A stretch of 64,000 bases of DNA from Hormiphora californensis (GCA_020137815.1 CM035355.1:2232001-2296000); one strand, 5' to 3'. Counted from the first letter of the stretch, positions 1 to 27,698 are shown. A program made the numbers and translations. The notes: generated by a model not told the origin, from the sequence alone.

Positions 1-1214
1 ACAACTACCAAGTACAGCAGTCCACATTCTTCAAGGATACTCTGGAGTGTGTTAAAAGGAGTGGGGATGTTCTGGGAACGTATGGTAGGGAGATAAAACT
101 GGGAAGAACCAGCATCTGGACCATGACATCGGGATTTGTGCCTTGGGTGAGTTAGTAGTCCTAATTTCACGCTCCCTGTCTCCTGACTCTTACATTACAT
201 CCTCTCCCCGCCTCTCCCCTAAAAACTAAACCCCCCCTGTAACAGCTATCAGAGCGACATGTTTGGCTGCGTTTCCATGGTAACCACGGGGAAGGATGGA
301 TCAGGATGGGTCTCTCCCGTTCTGACTTTGTGATGGAACAGGAATCAGTTAACGATCTGGCAAGGGATTCTAAACGGCAGATGAAGTTAGAGTTACAGCG
401 GATCCAGGAGCTGGCAAATGAGGCAACTGGTGGGGCAACGAATGACGCGACTGGTGGTGGAGCAACAGAGGAGGCAACTGGTGGTGGAATAAGGGAGGAG
501 GTTGCTGCAGTTGCTGAGGTAGCAGTTGGTGGGGTGGAGTCAACAGTCGATACTACTGAGGTAAGTCAACTGACTATCTGTTGAGTTGTTTCAACTGTTG
601 CTTCTACCTTCAATAATTTATCTATTGTCAGGCTGTTATTCAAGACAAAGTTGAAGAAGAATCCCCGGTTGAAGAGGACACAGTAGCAATAGACGAGTCA
701 ATGGGGACTGCTTCTATATTTGAGAAGATTGCTAAAGCTAAGGAAAATGCAGACAAGAAACAAATGGACCAGGTAGGCATGGTCGGGAGAGAAAACAACT
801 TCTTTTCTAATCTCACTTTCACCCGTTTTTCTCTCTTTCTTTTCGTTTTCTCTAAAATGATTTTCCCACAATCAGGCCAAAATATATAAACGAGAGTTTA
901 AGAAACTCTACCCAACGCTCCCTGATGATTACACCCAAAACGACCTCGACGAGGCCATGAAACTCCGGCAAGACAAGGAGGTTGACCTGGAGCTATTCGA
1001 CCGAACATGGAACCTCCGCTCAGTCACCATTCACCCAGAGAAAACCACGAACGAGGAAACTCCGCCAGTGTTTGTGTTGCTGGACCTAGATAGTGATTAT
1101 GAGGATGTGGAGCATGGGCCAACGGCATACCTTCTTAGGACTCCTTTCTTTTCTATACCCAAACCACGATCCTGGAGACCCGCTGTTGAAAAGAGATTAG
1201 TAGAATTGTCATGA
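1..1214 (+). CDS. 3' part of an unidentified multi-exon protein-coding gene (exons ~<3-146, 246-560, 632-772, 876-1214)
   Basis: GT-AG bounded exons join in frame (..TSGFVPW|LSERHVWLRFHGNHG..TTE|AVIQ..MDQ|AKIYK..RLVELS*). Family not recognised. Confidence 0.7.
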
Positions 1215-1353
1215 GAGAGACATGTGTGTGTGATTTGTAATTAGAGTTTTGTACCTGTTAAAATTAATTTATGATACCGAGAAGATGTATAATTTTCTCG
1301 GGACCCATTCCCACTTCTTGTCATAAATCCTAACCCCCTTTTGTTTTCTAGCC

Positions 1354-1896
1354 ATGTTACACCGTATTCTCCTCCTCACCATTCTCCTTCCCGCCGTTAT
1401 TGTCTCCAGTGAAGGACTGTTCAACTTCAAGAACGGCTTCCCAAGTGTCACCAAGATATTCAGCTCTATGGGCAAGATGATGAACGACCTCTTTCCCTGT
1501 GGATACAGCTGTCCGAATGGTGGATATCCAACCGCTAAACTGGGATATAAACCCACCCCTAACGGCTGTGGATCGATTGATACCACCATGTTTGCCCGGG
1601 ATCTAGCCAGCTATGTCCCACAGGTGGAGCAGTGCTGTAACGTGCACGATGAGTGCTACGGAACGTGCTCTAGCGGTAAAAACAAGTGTGATGGAGCCTT
1701 CAGGGAGTGTTTGAGGGGAGTCTGTACTACTGCTAAACAGCTGATAAAGGCAGTGGGAGGGAAGTTTGATGTGAGTGAAATGTGTGAGGCTGCTATAACG
1801 GGGGTAACGGCTGTAGTTCAAACTGGGGGATGTCCTGCGTATAGGAGTGCACAGGAGGCTGCCTGTGTGTGCGCTAGTGGTCCTAATGAACTGTGA
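1354..1896 (+). CDS. PLA2G12: Group XII secreted phospholipase A2, intronless
   Basis: Signal peptide, PNGCGS Ca-binding loop, catalytic CCNVHDECYGTC, K..CD..F..CL..C and C-terminal GC..Y..AQ..AC.C typical of group XII sPLA2. Confidence 0.92.
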   Translation: MLHRILLLTILLPAVIVSSEGLFNFKNGFPSVTKIFSSMGKMMNDLFPCGYSCPNGGYPTAKLGYKPTPNGCGSIDTTMFARDLASYVPQVEQCCNVHDECYGTCSSGKNKCDGAFRECLRGVCTTAKQLIKAVGGKFDVSEMCEAAITGVTAVVQTGGCPAYRSAQEAACVCASGPNEL

Positions 1897-2218
1897 GAAT
1901 TCAGCAAAACTCTTTCACGCCCTGACTTTGATATTGACTCACTTTTGGTGCTAAATGCTAATGACTCACTTTTTGACTAAATAATTTAATCCCCTAATAA
2001 TAAGTTTATTGCCCTAATACTCAGTTCAGTAAAGTTTGTGTAAAAACAGTTTTCAGATTTTGATGTTTCAGTGTTTGTGTGGTTTATAATCGTTACATTT
2101 CTATTATTATGAGCAAAACTTTATGATATGATCACCCTGTCTCGTCTACATGTCCCATTGCCTCCTTGTAATATTATTAATATATTACTAATCTATCCTC
2201 GCACTATCTAGCTCTAGT

Positions 2219-4593
2219 ATGCAGAACGACGAATTGATATGGCAGAACATCAACCTCAACTTCTGCTCCTACAAGGTATAGAGGGGGAGTTGCTAACTTT
2301 ACTTTTAGAAATAATAATGGCTAATCTATCGAGATATTAGAGCGTTTCAGAAATAACTTCGTGTCCCGATATCTCCAAAAGTATATAAGATATCTACACG
2401 AAACCTTTCCTAGCATGTTATTTGAACTCTTGACTACACACAACAATGGTCATTTTGAAAAATTCAATCAAGGTTGGCTCTGGGCGAACCCGGAAATGTA
2501 CCTTATTCAAAATGCCGCTGCACGGGAAAAACGTGCATAGTACTGAAACTGCTGTACTTCTCAAAAATTGGTTCTAAGGGATATTTTATTGCATCATACT
2601 TGTTCATTAGACAATTCTCTATCGTTTAAGATGTAATAGAAGGTCCTAGCTTCATTCGTTGCTGAGCAATGGGCCTTTGAAAATCTTTGGCAAAATTTTG
2701 AAATTTTCACTTCCGGGTCTCTTCACGTTTTATAGGACTGACGTATAACCGATATCTTGGCAGAAAAAGATAGCTCTAAGTAAGCTTTTAACCATTGTGA
2801 AGTCAATTATTCGCTTCGTCGGCTTATTGAAGTCAAAAAATGACGTTTTCGAACATACCCCTAAAACAAGTCAAAAATTGAGGTCAGATTTCGCCATTTT
2901 TCGTTTTTTCATGTTACATCTACTATTCTAAATGTTTTTAGTCAACGCGTCGAGACCCAAATGACATATATATCTCATCCTGAGACGATTTGCTATCGAT
3001 TGAGCACTACGGGAAGTCAAAAATCTTTACTAGCTTTCTTCCAGTGGCGTTTAGAAAAAGTTGGTAACCCCGTGCAGCGGCAGCACGACTTATGGTGTCA
3101 ACGAACCAAATTTCGAGTACTTAAGGTTGTCATATATAATTCAAAACATGTTTCTGGGAAGAGAATCGTCCAATGAACAGGATAAAACTAAGTAGAAGTC
3201 TCTATCTCTTATAGATCCCGAAATATCGCGACACGAAGTTATTTCTGAAACGCTCTAGTATAAGTTCAATTCAGAAGATATATCAAGTTTATTACATTTA
3301 TTCCTGATTGTTACCCCCCCCCCCCTCGCCAGGTGAAAGCAAAGCAGCAGAAACAGACGTTCTGCAAGAACGAGTACAATGTGACAGGGTTGTGTAACAG
3401 ACAGAGTTGTCCCCTAGCTAATAGTCGCTACGCAACCATCCGGGAGGAAAAAGGTAATTACCTTTATTAATTAATTAATTAATCTCATTATGTCATGGAT
3501 TTAATTCTATCATGTTCCTGTCTAAGTTGTTAGTTGTCCGGTATGAACAGTGGTCAAATTTCAAAAGAACTAAGAACTTTACAAATATGAACATCTCCTC
3601 AGGTGTTTGTTATCTTTACATGAAAGTGATAGAGCGGGCCCACGCACCCAAACAGATGTACGAAAAGATCAAATTGCCCCGAAACTATGAAAAGGCTCTT
3701 GCACTGGTAAGATTCGAGCCCTCCCTAATCTCTATATATATAATCTCTAGCCCTCTTGTTTGTTTAGGGAAAACATGTCTTGCTATTTTGTTCTGTTCCT
3801 AATTTCTTGATTGTCCAGTAATTAAACTCATTTGCATAATGCTAACACTAATGCCTCATTACCTGATTACTATTTAACGCTAACTCCCACTTCCCAGATC
3901 GATGAGCACCTGATCTACTGGCCGAACTTTACCGTCCACAAGTGTAAACAAAGGTACACCAAGATTATCCAGTACTTGATTAGAATGAGGAAACTAAGGA
4001 AAAAGAACACCAAGAAACTTGTCTCACGTGATCTAAAGGTATGTTGATACTGGTTCTATCACACTACAGTTATCGAGTATCACCATGGTTACAATTTACA
4101 AACAAACAAACAAACAAACAAACAAACAAACACACAAACAAACAAACAAACAAACAAACAAACAAACCCCCTCTCCCAGATGGAGAAGAGAGAGTCAAGA
4201 AGGGAGGCTAAGGCCCTCGCTGCTGCTCAGTTGGATCAGTCAATCGAGAAAGAGCTGCTGGAGAGACTCAAGAAGGGAACTTATGGTGATATCTACAACA
4301 TCAACCAAGATATCTTTGAGAAGGTCGTCGAGCAGGTAATTCACTTATCACCAGCTCGATTATGACACAAAACTTCTAAAAACAGGGTCTTTTTCATTCT
4401 AATCTCTTTCAAACCCATCTCCCCAAATTCCTCACTTTTATCACCCTAGGAGGAGGAAGAAGAGGAGGAAGAGGAATCTGAGTTCGTCGAGGACTTTGAC
4501 GAGAGTGATCTTGAGGATATAGAGGATTACGAGCTAGAGATGGAAACTGAAACAGCTGGAAAAGCCAAACAAAAGATCAAAGTCGGAAACTGA
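2219..4593 (+). CDS. MAK16: Ribosome biogenesis protein MAK16 (exons 2219-2275, 3333-3453, 3603-3706, 3898-4038, 4180-4335, 4450-4593)
   Basis: Spliced translation [95 protein letters not shown] plus acidic tail. All introns are GT-AG. Confidence 0.96.
2337..3258. mobile_element. Non-autonomous TIR DNA transposon (MITE) in MAK16 intron 1
   Basis: ~38-bp TIRs (YTAGAGCGTTTCAGAAATAACTTCGTGTC...) flanked by TA at 2335-2336 and 3259-3260. No convincing ORF. Confidence 0.8.
4097..4167. repeat. (ACAA)n microsatellite in MAK16 intron
   Basis: Direct reading. Confidence 0.95.
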
Positions 4594-4789
4594 GAAGACA
4601 GGAGATCTGTGTTTTTTTAATCACCACACCCTCGTTCTGTAACAACATTTAATTTATTTCTTTTACAGCTCTGACCAGTGTTATTAGACAAGTTAAGTTT
4701 TTCTGAAACAACTCTTGTACGATTAAAATCACCTTCCGATATCTCTCATCTCTCTAATTATATCTCTCATCTAGCATGGTATCCAGGAT

Positions 4790-7700
4790 ATGAAGTGTCT
4801 GAGAGGGTTTCACTGCTACAATCGGGGTTTCTCCCGTCAACTCTCAACTGCAGCAGCACCTCAATCCGCAAACAACCCTACCTCCGCAAACAACCCTACC
4901 TCCGCAAACAACTCGAAACCTCCACAACAAGAACTAATCAACACTGCTCTCCGCGATCTAGTCGCTCGGAATTTCCCCTCATCTCAACTATGTTTCGCGT
5001 ATGGCTCCAAAATACTCCACCAAACAAACAACCTACCCACGGATGACACTATGACAGATCTGATGTTTGTACCCCGGAACTCCCAGGCCTGGCACTGAGG
5101 AGAACTTTCTACAGAATTCCAAACACTACTCTGGGTTAATGAGGTTTATCGGACCGGGAAATGTGGCAGTCTTTTCAAGAGGCTGGGAGAGCGTACTGTG
5201 TGTTTAACCCGTATGTTGAGGTGGAGGGAACATTACTGAAGTATGGTGTGATCAGTGAACATCATCTCTATAACGGTGAGTTAGAGTCCCTTTCCCCCGA
5301 GTTAAATCCCCTCCTCTGAGTTAAATCCCCCCAGTCTCCTCTGAGTTAAAGGCCCCCCTCCATATCTTAGTCCTATCTGTTACCATCGCTTCGTTACCCT
5401 TATACCCCCCCCCCCCCTCCGATCAGATCTAGAGAAATGGGACACTCTGTACGTGACCCAACTAACGCATTGCCCACTACTGTCAATCTATTCCTAAATT
5501 GTTGATCCTATCTGTTACAGTTTCCTCTTTACCCAATTATCTCTCCCCCGATCAGATCTTGAGAAATGGGACACTCTGTACGTGGCGGGTCGGCTACACA
5601 AACCTGTCATGATTCTCCAGCAGGATCCAACATTCAGACTGGAGTACATCAAACGCAATCTCAGGTACATTTTTAACATATTAAGTATATTACCGGGCAA
5701 AACCATTTCCCGTAATCGGGGTCCGACTGTGCATATTATAACCTCCGCATACACGTGTGTGGACATAATTGTTTGGTAAGAGCCTGGTGTGTGTATTAAA
5801 AAACCATCTGTCAAAGCGGCGTTTTGATAGTCTCAACTAAAACACAAGGATTGTTTCTATTCCAAATTACTGATATAAAAAGGCGATTGAACCAATTAGT
5901 ATGGCCAGTATTGGCTGGGCCATTTGATTGGTGCACTGGACGGGCAAAAGAGACGGGGATCCCCGCTTTGAGAGCTTGTTGTGCTGATGCAACTGAAGAG
6001 GCCTCGTGAACCAGAATTGGGATGTACTGACTCGACGGAGAACAGATATCTGTATTCAATTTGGTGAAGCGTTCGTCTTGAGCTCGGAAGGTGTGAACCA
6101 TGATGGTGGCTCGAAATTTTACCATTTTGGGTTTGGAATTGTCAATCAATCCTTTCTTTTTGTTACTGGCTAATTAAAACGTAGTTTTACAAAGAATGAT
6201 GTAAAACACCTAAAAAATTATTCAGAATTCAGAAACACAATCCTATAAAAAGTTTCTGGTGACCAATGGAATCCATTTTGAAAGCTTTGTATAGTACCCA
6301 CTAGTTGATAGAATCCAATCACTACATTGCTCTGCCGAACTATCACAGAGTACAGTGTGAGCTACACAATCAATATCCTGTATCAGCTATTTGAAGTAGG
6401 GCTCCCTACCCTGTATCAATCAGTCTACTGTTTCTCAACCTCAGGGCAGGAGATACACAGTTCAAACACTCCAACGGTCCATTGTCTAATTTAGTGTGAG
6501 CAATGTCTGTAGAATGACGTGTGCCGTCACCCCTCATAATGACGTCATCACTCAATATGACGTCATTCTCCTTGTCTGACGAGGTGTGGTGATCCATTTC
6601 TGGGGTGGTGAGCTCCTCTGGATCAATTAGGGTGTCAATCATGTCAAGAGTTAGGAGCCGCAGTCGCCGTATTTCCCCTCTTAATTCCTCGTTTTCTCTC
6701 TGAAAAAAATTTAAGGTGTTGAAGTGTAGATGATGGCACACCCAATTCTTTGTTTACTGAAGTTCTTGGCAAAACCCACATCCATCACTGCGCTGGCAAG
6801 CGCAAAGGTGACCATCCCCTCCCCCCAGCCGCGCATGCCAGAGTGCAGTAATAACTTTTTTCAGTTTTTAGCCAAAAATGGCATTTTGCGACGCCCATAG
6901 GGAGGCCCCCATTGCACCGATTGGTCTGAAATTTGGTATACAGTGTCACATAGTCTAGATCTACTGTAGTTTAAAAGGGCAAGTCTCTATCTCTTTTAAT
7001 TTTAGAGATATGGCATCGTGAAAAAAGCAATAAATGTCCCGGGTCTATGTATCTATCTATGTATCTATGTATCTATGGATAGACGCTGTTTTTACCAAAT
7101 TTATAATCATTTTTGAGAGAAAACGACATAAGATAGACACTTCTCGTTTGTTGCATTCGAAAGATAATCGTTCAAATTGTGTAGACGAATAGTTTTCATG
7201 TTCTAGGTCCAACCAGAACGTCTTAACAAACTGTCATAAAGATAAGAGTTTTTTCAAATCAACCAAATTTCTGTGAGCTCAATTTACACCCTGAAGTCGG
7301 CTTCTGATTGAAAAACGGAGACCGCACTTACGAAAGATAATCGTCTATACTTTCAGAAACTATATCGCGAATTTTTGAAACTCTATTGCTAAGGGTCTCA
7401 AATCGCGTCTGAAGTGTTAAGACTGTATGAAAATAGATATGACGATAATGCGTTTTTCGCCAGAGCGACCTCAAATCTTGTCCAATCGATTTCAAACTTG
7501 GTCAGCATCTTTATCTAGATGAGCCTGATAATAATATATCCCTATCTTGACGTTATAACCTCGTGACGTCACGCTATGACGTCATAATGACGTCAAAATT
7601 GAAATTTTCGTATTTTAGCGATTCCTGACGGTCTTTACACGTCCAGACATGTCTTACATTGTATTTCACATCAGAAAATACCAAAAATATACCCAATTAT

Positions 7701-7838
7701 GCCAAAAACTAACAGAAATTAGTTGGCTGGAAAGGTGACCATTTTGTTGTCAAACTGACACCTTTGCCCGGCCCGGGTTACGGATATGATCGATGGGGTA
7801 AATCAGGGGGTAAATCAGGGAGAAAGAGAGAGAGAGAA

Positions 7839-7898
<60 letters not shown>

Positions 7899-10800
7899 TG
7901 AAAGAGAGAGATAGAAATCAGAGAGGGAAAGATAATGATGAAACCCGGAGAGGGCAAAGGTGTCAGTTTGACAACAAAATGGTCACCTTTCCAGCCAACT
8001 AATTTCTGTTAGTTTTTGGGGTAGTATGAAAGATTAGGTCGTGCGCGCCAAATGGCGCCATATGGCGCCAGATGGCGCCATCATATTCGCCAAATGGCGC
8101 CACGTGGCGAATAAATGGCGCCATTTGGCGCCAAAATGTGGCGAGTGCGCACTATCGCCAAATAGCGCCATTTCTGGCGCCAAATGGCGCCATTTGGCGC
8201 CAAATCTGGCGCCACGTGGCGCCACGTGGCGCCAGTGGCGATCGCCATTCGCCAAATATTGGCGACTCTTGGCGGTATCGCCACGTGGCGATGGTACAAA
8301 GTCTGAAAAAAAACATGCGCAAAATTGTTATCGCCAAATGGCGCCATTTGGCGCCATTAAGTGATCAGGAGATCAAGTCGCCAAATGGCGCCGTTTGGCG
8401 ACATCTGGCGCCATTCGTCGCCAAATGGCGCCGTTTGGCGCCAATCTTCACAAAGTGGCGCCAAATGGCGCCATTCGGCGAATTTTTCGCCATATGGCGC
8501 CATTTGGCGATACTCATCGCCAAACATCGCCATTTGTCGATGTATCAATAATATTTTCATTGGTTTTCAAAGGAGTACACTCGCCGTTCTGCGCCACGTG
8601 GCGCCAACTGGCGATTAATTCGCCAAATGGCGCCGTTTGTCGCCATTTGGCGACATATGGCGCCAAGAATCGCCATATGGCGCCAAACGTCGCCATATGG
8701 CGCCAAATTTTTGTCAAATGTTTGTCGCCATTTGGCGCCAAACGTCGCCATATGGCGCCATTTGTCGCCATTTGGCGCCGAATGTCGCCATTTGGCGCCA
8801 AATGTCGCCATATAGCGCCAAATGGCGACATATGGCGCAAACTGTTTGTCAAATGTTAGTCGCCATTTTGCGCCAAATGTCGCCATATGGCGCCAAACGT
8901 CGCCATTTGGCGCCAAATGTCGCCATATGGCGCCAAATTTTTGTCAAATATTTGTCGCCAAACGTCGCCATTTGTCGCCACTTGGCGCCGAACGTCGCCA
9001 TTTGGCGCCATATAGCGCCAAATGGCGACATATGGCGCAAACTGTTTGTCAAATGTTAGTCGCCATTTTGCGCCAAATGTCGCCATATGGCGCCAAACGT
9101 CGCCATTTGGCGCCATATGGCGACGTTTGGCGCCAAATGGCGACTAACATTTGACAAACATTTTGCGCCATTTGTCGCCATTTGGCGCTATATGGCGACA
9201 TTTAGCGCCAAATGGCGACGTTCGGCGCCAAGTGGCGACAAATGGCGCCATATGGCGACGTTTGGCGACAAACATTCGACAAAAATTTGGCGCCATATGG
9301 CGACTTTTGGCGCCATATGGCGACATCTGGCGCCAAATGGCGACTAACATTTGACAAACAGTTTGCGCCATTTGTCGCCATTTGGCGCTATATGGCGACA
9401 TTTAGCGCCAAATGGCGACGTTCGGCGCCAAGTGGCGACAAATGGCGCCATATGGCGACGTTTGGCGACAAACATTTGACAAAAATTTGGCGCCATATGG
9501 CGACATTTGGCGCCAAATGGCGACTTTTGGCGCCAGATTGCGACATCTGGCGCCAAATGGCGACTAACATTTGACAAACAGTTTGCGCCATTTGGCGCTA
9601 TATGGCGACATTTGGCGCCAAATGGCGACGTTCGGCGCCAAGTGGCGACAAATGGCGCCATATGGCGACGTTTGGCGACAAACATTTGACAAAAATTTGG
9701 CGCCAAATGGCGACAATTGGCGCAACTAGCAACATTTGGCGCCATATGGCGCCAATTGGCGCCAGTTGGCGATTTTTTCGCCAAATGGCGCCACGCGGCG
9801 CCGAGTGGCGAGCGTCATATTTTGGAAAGCATTGAAAATTTGTTATTCTTATCGCCAAATGGCGCCATTTGGCGATAAATATGTTGCGCATGTTTTTTTC
9901 AGACTTTGTACCATCGCCACGTGGCGATACCGCCAAGAGTCGCCAATATTTGGCGAATGGCGATCGCCACTGGCGCCACGTGGCGCCACGTGGCGCCACA
10001 TGGCGCCAGATTTGGCGCCAAATGGCGCCATTTGGCGCCAGAAATGGCGATATTTGGCGATAGTGCGCATTCGCCACATTTTGGCGCCAAATGGCGCCAT
10101 TTATTCGCCACGTGGCGCCATTTGGCGAATTTGATGGCGCCATATGGCGCCATTTGGCGCGCACGACCTAATCTTTCATACTACCGTTTTTGGCATATCA
10201 CTAAATCTATTTTAGATGATAGATCACTAAAACGGGATTTTGCGCAACTAAAAAAGAGATTTCAAAAAGATAGTACCTGTAGAGAAGTGATCCGAAGGTA
10301 GGCAACACCAGCAAGGATGAGTAAACCCACGACCAGCCATGCAAGTACCGGGGTAAAGGGTAATAAAGCTCCATGTTATCTGGGGGCCTTTCTTACTATC
10401 ATGGCTTATCTCGTGGAAAGGACGGAGATAGAAAAGTCAAAAGAAAACAAAGATCACGGTCCTATAAAATGATAATAATTAGGGACAAAGTAACTTTAGA
10501 GTTAGTTAGGTAAAGCATACAAAGGATACACCAGGCTAGCAGTATGCGATATGTACATCAATATCCCCGTTATCTATCAAACCATGTATAATTAATTGGT
10601 TTGGATGGGAGTAATATTTGGGTTATCCTAATAACTGGACTAAACTATGACTGATTAACTACATATTGTGTGTAATATGAGCGGAGGCCGGAGAGTTAAA
10701 AATGTCCGTTCACACACCAGATGGTCTTCGCTCCACATTCATTCTATCTCTTTCTCTCTCTTTCTCTCTCCATTATATATCCCCACACTCGATGTTCACA

Positions 10801-13055
10801 TTTTACAGAAAGCTAGCCAAACAATTACTACTCTGCATTGGTTGAAACAAGTCGAAACAGTCCCAGATGCTCATAACAAAATATAAAGAGACTATTGATA
10901 CACAAAGTAACGGCATTATACAAACAAATACACCGAGGAAAGGAAGAAAATGTATGTCGGAAAGGAATCGAGGCATCCTACACTGTCAGGCATACTCAGA
11001 CCACACTCTGGTATCCTACATTGTCAGCGTAATGCTTGACCACTCTCATCGCTCCGCTCTGAGAAAAGTGAGATTGGATCAGCGTGATGCCTGACAGATC
11101 CTACACGTCATACCTATAACACACTCTGAGATACAGCTGGAGATGATGAAAGAAATGATGAAGGGAGAGAAGAAGAATAGAGAGAGAAGAATGAGAGCCA
11201 AAAGAAGGAGAATAATACTTTAGTCAAAAGACTTTATACACTACCTCACACCTCTCACTATGTATCTCACGTTACAGTGTCAATAATCCATCTCACTCTC
11301 CCAGCTATGACGGTGAAGAACTTTATAAAATGCTGCTAATTCTATCACGCGATACTATCTTATTTCTCCCCTTATTTCCCACAATTGTACCCCTAAATTC
11401 CTTGCCCAGTCCAACCCTCACATCGCACGTTATTTTATATAAAAAATGCAGTGGAAGCTTCACAACTCCTCACAATTTCTACGACGGCTGAGAAAAGGAA
11501 GAACACAAAATTGTACTATAAAATCTGGCAACGGAGGTGTGCCAATCTAGCTTACACTTCGCACACACTTACACTTGGACAGTATACCAGCCGGGGAGAG
11601 AGAGACTGAGAGAGATAGAGAGAGATAGAGAGATAGAGAGAGAAGGAGAGCAAGATAGGTAAAAGACAGATTCAAACATTTATGTCATATACAATTAGAA
11701 ACGGCAATTATGTATCCCATTCTGCTTGTCATCAGAGAGATGTCGAATTTCCAAAACAAAATATACAACGTGACACAATTCGCACCTGGTGTGTATGTTA
11801 TAGTAGTGTCTCGCATAATAATGTGTTCCCAATATGTGTATATTTGCGTGTAGTTGGAGAGAGAGAGAGAGGGGTTGTGACAGTTCTAAAGAGAGAATAC
11901 CAAACACCAAATAAACACTATTGTCTTGTGATGAAGCACTATTTTGTTGTCTCGTCTGGTCAGCAAGAAAATTGGCAGTACATTCTCCTAGATGCAGATG
12001 ATTGTTTTCTATTCACCAATGTTGACCAATGTTTCCTCTTGATAACCAACGTCTCCTTCGTAAAATTACCCCCCCCCCCTTCAAATCAGCCCAAAAATCA
12101 ATTAATTAATTAATCAAGTAACTAATTAGTTAAATCAATTAACCCCACTTTCAGATCAGCCCTGCATACTGCACTGGTCCTTCTTCCTGAGAGGTTTAAT
12201 GATCTCCAACTATTCTGTGTCATCTCCCGGCTGTCCTACGCAGGAGATGTTAGAATGATGGTGGGTGGTGAAAACCCGGAAAAGGTAATTTATAGGGATT
12301 TTGGGAGATAACTAACATGCAGTCCTAATAAGGAATGTCATGTAGTCCTAATAAGGAATGACAAGTTCCACTTCACAAAGCTACAAAGTTATGAAGATTA
12401 CTCAATCATTATTATTGCTAATAATGCACCCTAATCAACTTCCCTCCCCCAGGTACGGAACATTGTTGAACCCAACATACCCCACTTCAAAGCCCTCTAC
12501 TCGGAAGTGATCACCGAGTCACCCTTCCTAGAGCGCACAGACTACGGGTACTGTCAACGTGCCAAATGTGAACGCAACCTCCGGCAACTCCACAAGCTGA
12601 TACCCAAGAAACTCCTAGCAGTGGACCCTGAGAACCTGACTCCTGATACCCGGGTGTTTAGATTTGATAGGAATGTAGACGCCGCTTCCCAACTGTACCG
12701 GAAGGTTGCTGCGGGGGATATGAGGTGGTTTGATGAGGAGGTAAAGAGGATAGTTCGGGTCCCCTCCATTCTACAACCCATACGGGGTGTGCTCACATCT
12801 GGTCCGGTTAAATCGCTCAAATACAGTTTAGCGAAACTAGCTAAATCTAAAGGCGGGAAAAAGACGAGTTCTAAATCATCACTACCAGCGGTATATGAGA
12901 ATGAAGACCAGAAACTCATGACATCGGAGTACCCGGAGTTCATGGCAAAGAGGGGCATGAGAAGCCCGATAGAGAAGACAAATACAAGGGTTCTGTTGCT
13001 AATGATTTCAGCTGTCTTCATGTATGCACACTTGAAAATGGGCGGGGGTAGTTGA
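4790..13055 (+). CDS. TAMM41: Mitochondrial phosphatidate cytidylyltransferase Tam41 (exons ~4790-5275, 5556-5664, 12155-12284, 12453-13055); two apparent 1-nt insertions in exon 1
   Basis: Mitochondrial-type presequence, CFAYGS, MTDLMF..AWH.EN..N..HYS, FNPYV..LKYGVIS..DLEKWDTLYVAGRLHKPV, LSYAGDVRM..GGENPEKVRNIV, KSLKYSLAKLAK. Confidence 0.93.
6406..10374 (-). CDS. Putative nested 2-exon gene: N-terminal transmembrane segment plus coiled coil (exons ~10374-10277, 6699-6406)
   Basis: LLPFTPVLAWLVVGLLILAGVAYLRITSLQ|gtac..ttttcag|RENEELRGEIRRLRLL.. joins in phase 0. Needs one 1-nt correction just after the ATG at 10374. Confidence 0.55.
6784..10200 (-). mobile_element. Helentron-associated non-autonomous element (HINE-like), copy 1, interrupted by the foldback element
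   Basis: Closely matches 26164-27379 in reverse orientation: ~70-bp terminal inverted pair around a (GA)n tract, (TATC)n microsatellite, 11-bp subTIR AAAGGTGACCA and terminal stem-loop TGCGCT-n4-AGCGCA. Confidence 0.8.
8020..10185. mobile_element. Foldback-type non-autonomous DNA transposon built from TGGCGCCA-based minisatellite; 8-bp TSD
   Basis: Ends GGTAGTATGAAAGATTAGGTCGTGCGCGCC / exact reverse complement; TSD GTTTTTGG at 8012-8019 and 10186-10193; uninterrupted (empty) site visible in the paralogous host element near 26170. Confidence 0.92.
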
Positions 13056-13239
13056 TGTGGTACGATGTGGGTATCATGTTGGGTGACGTTTTTGTGATCA
13101 GTTTTGTGATTTTTTATCTTTTTTGTACAAAATCAAGTACCTTTAGTTCAGCTCTTTCTTACTGCTATGCCCCCCTAGTATATTCTACAGACCCCATCAT
13201 CCCTAAACATCTCCAACCCAAATAGCTCACCTGTATTAC

Positions 13240-27698
<14,459 letters not shown>

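Noticed and set aside
5811-6149. 112-aa minus-strand ORF in the TAMM41 intron
   Set aside because: Non-ATG start, no recognisable motif and no in-phase link to the nested gene; left unannotated.
8034-10301. Dozens of overlapping ORFs rich in WRH/MAP/GAIW
   Set aside because: Translation artefacts of the TGGCGCCA palindromic array, open in many frames on both strands.
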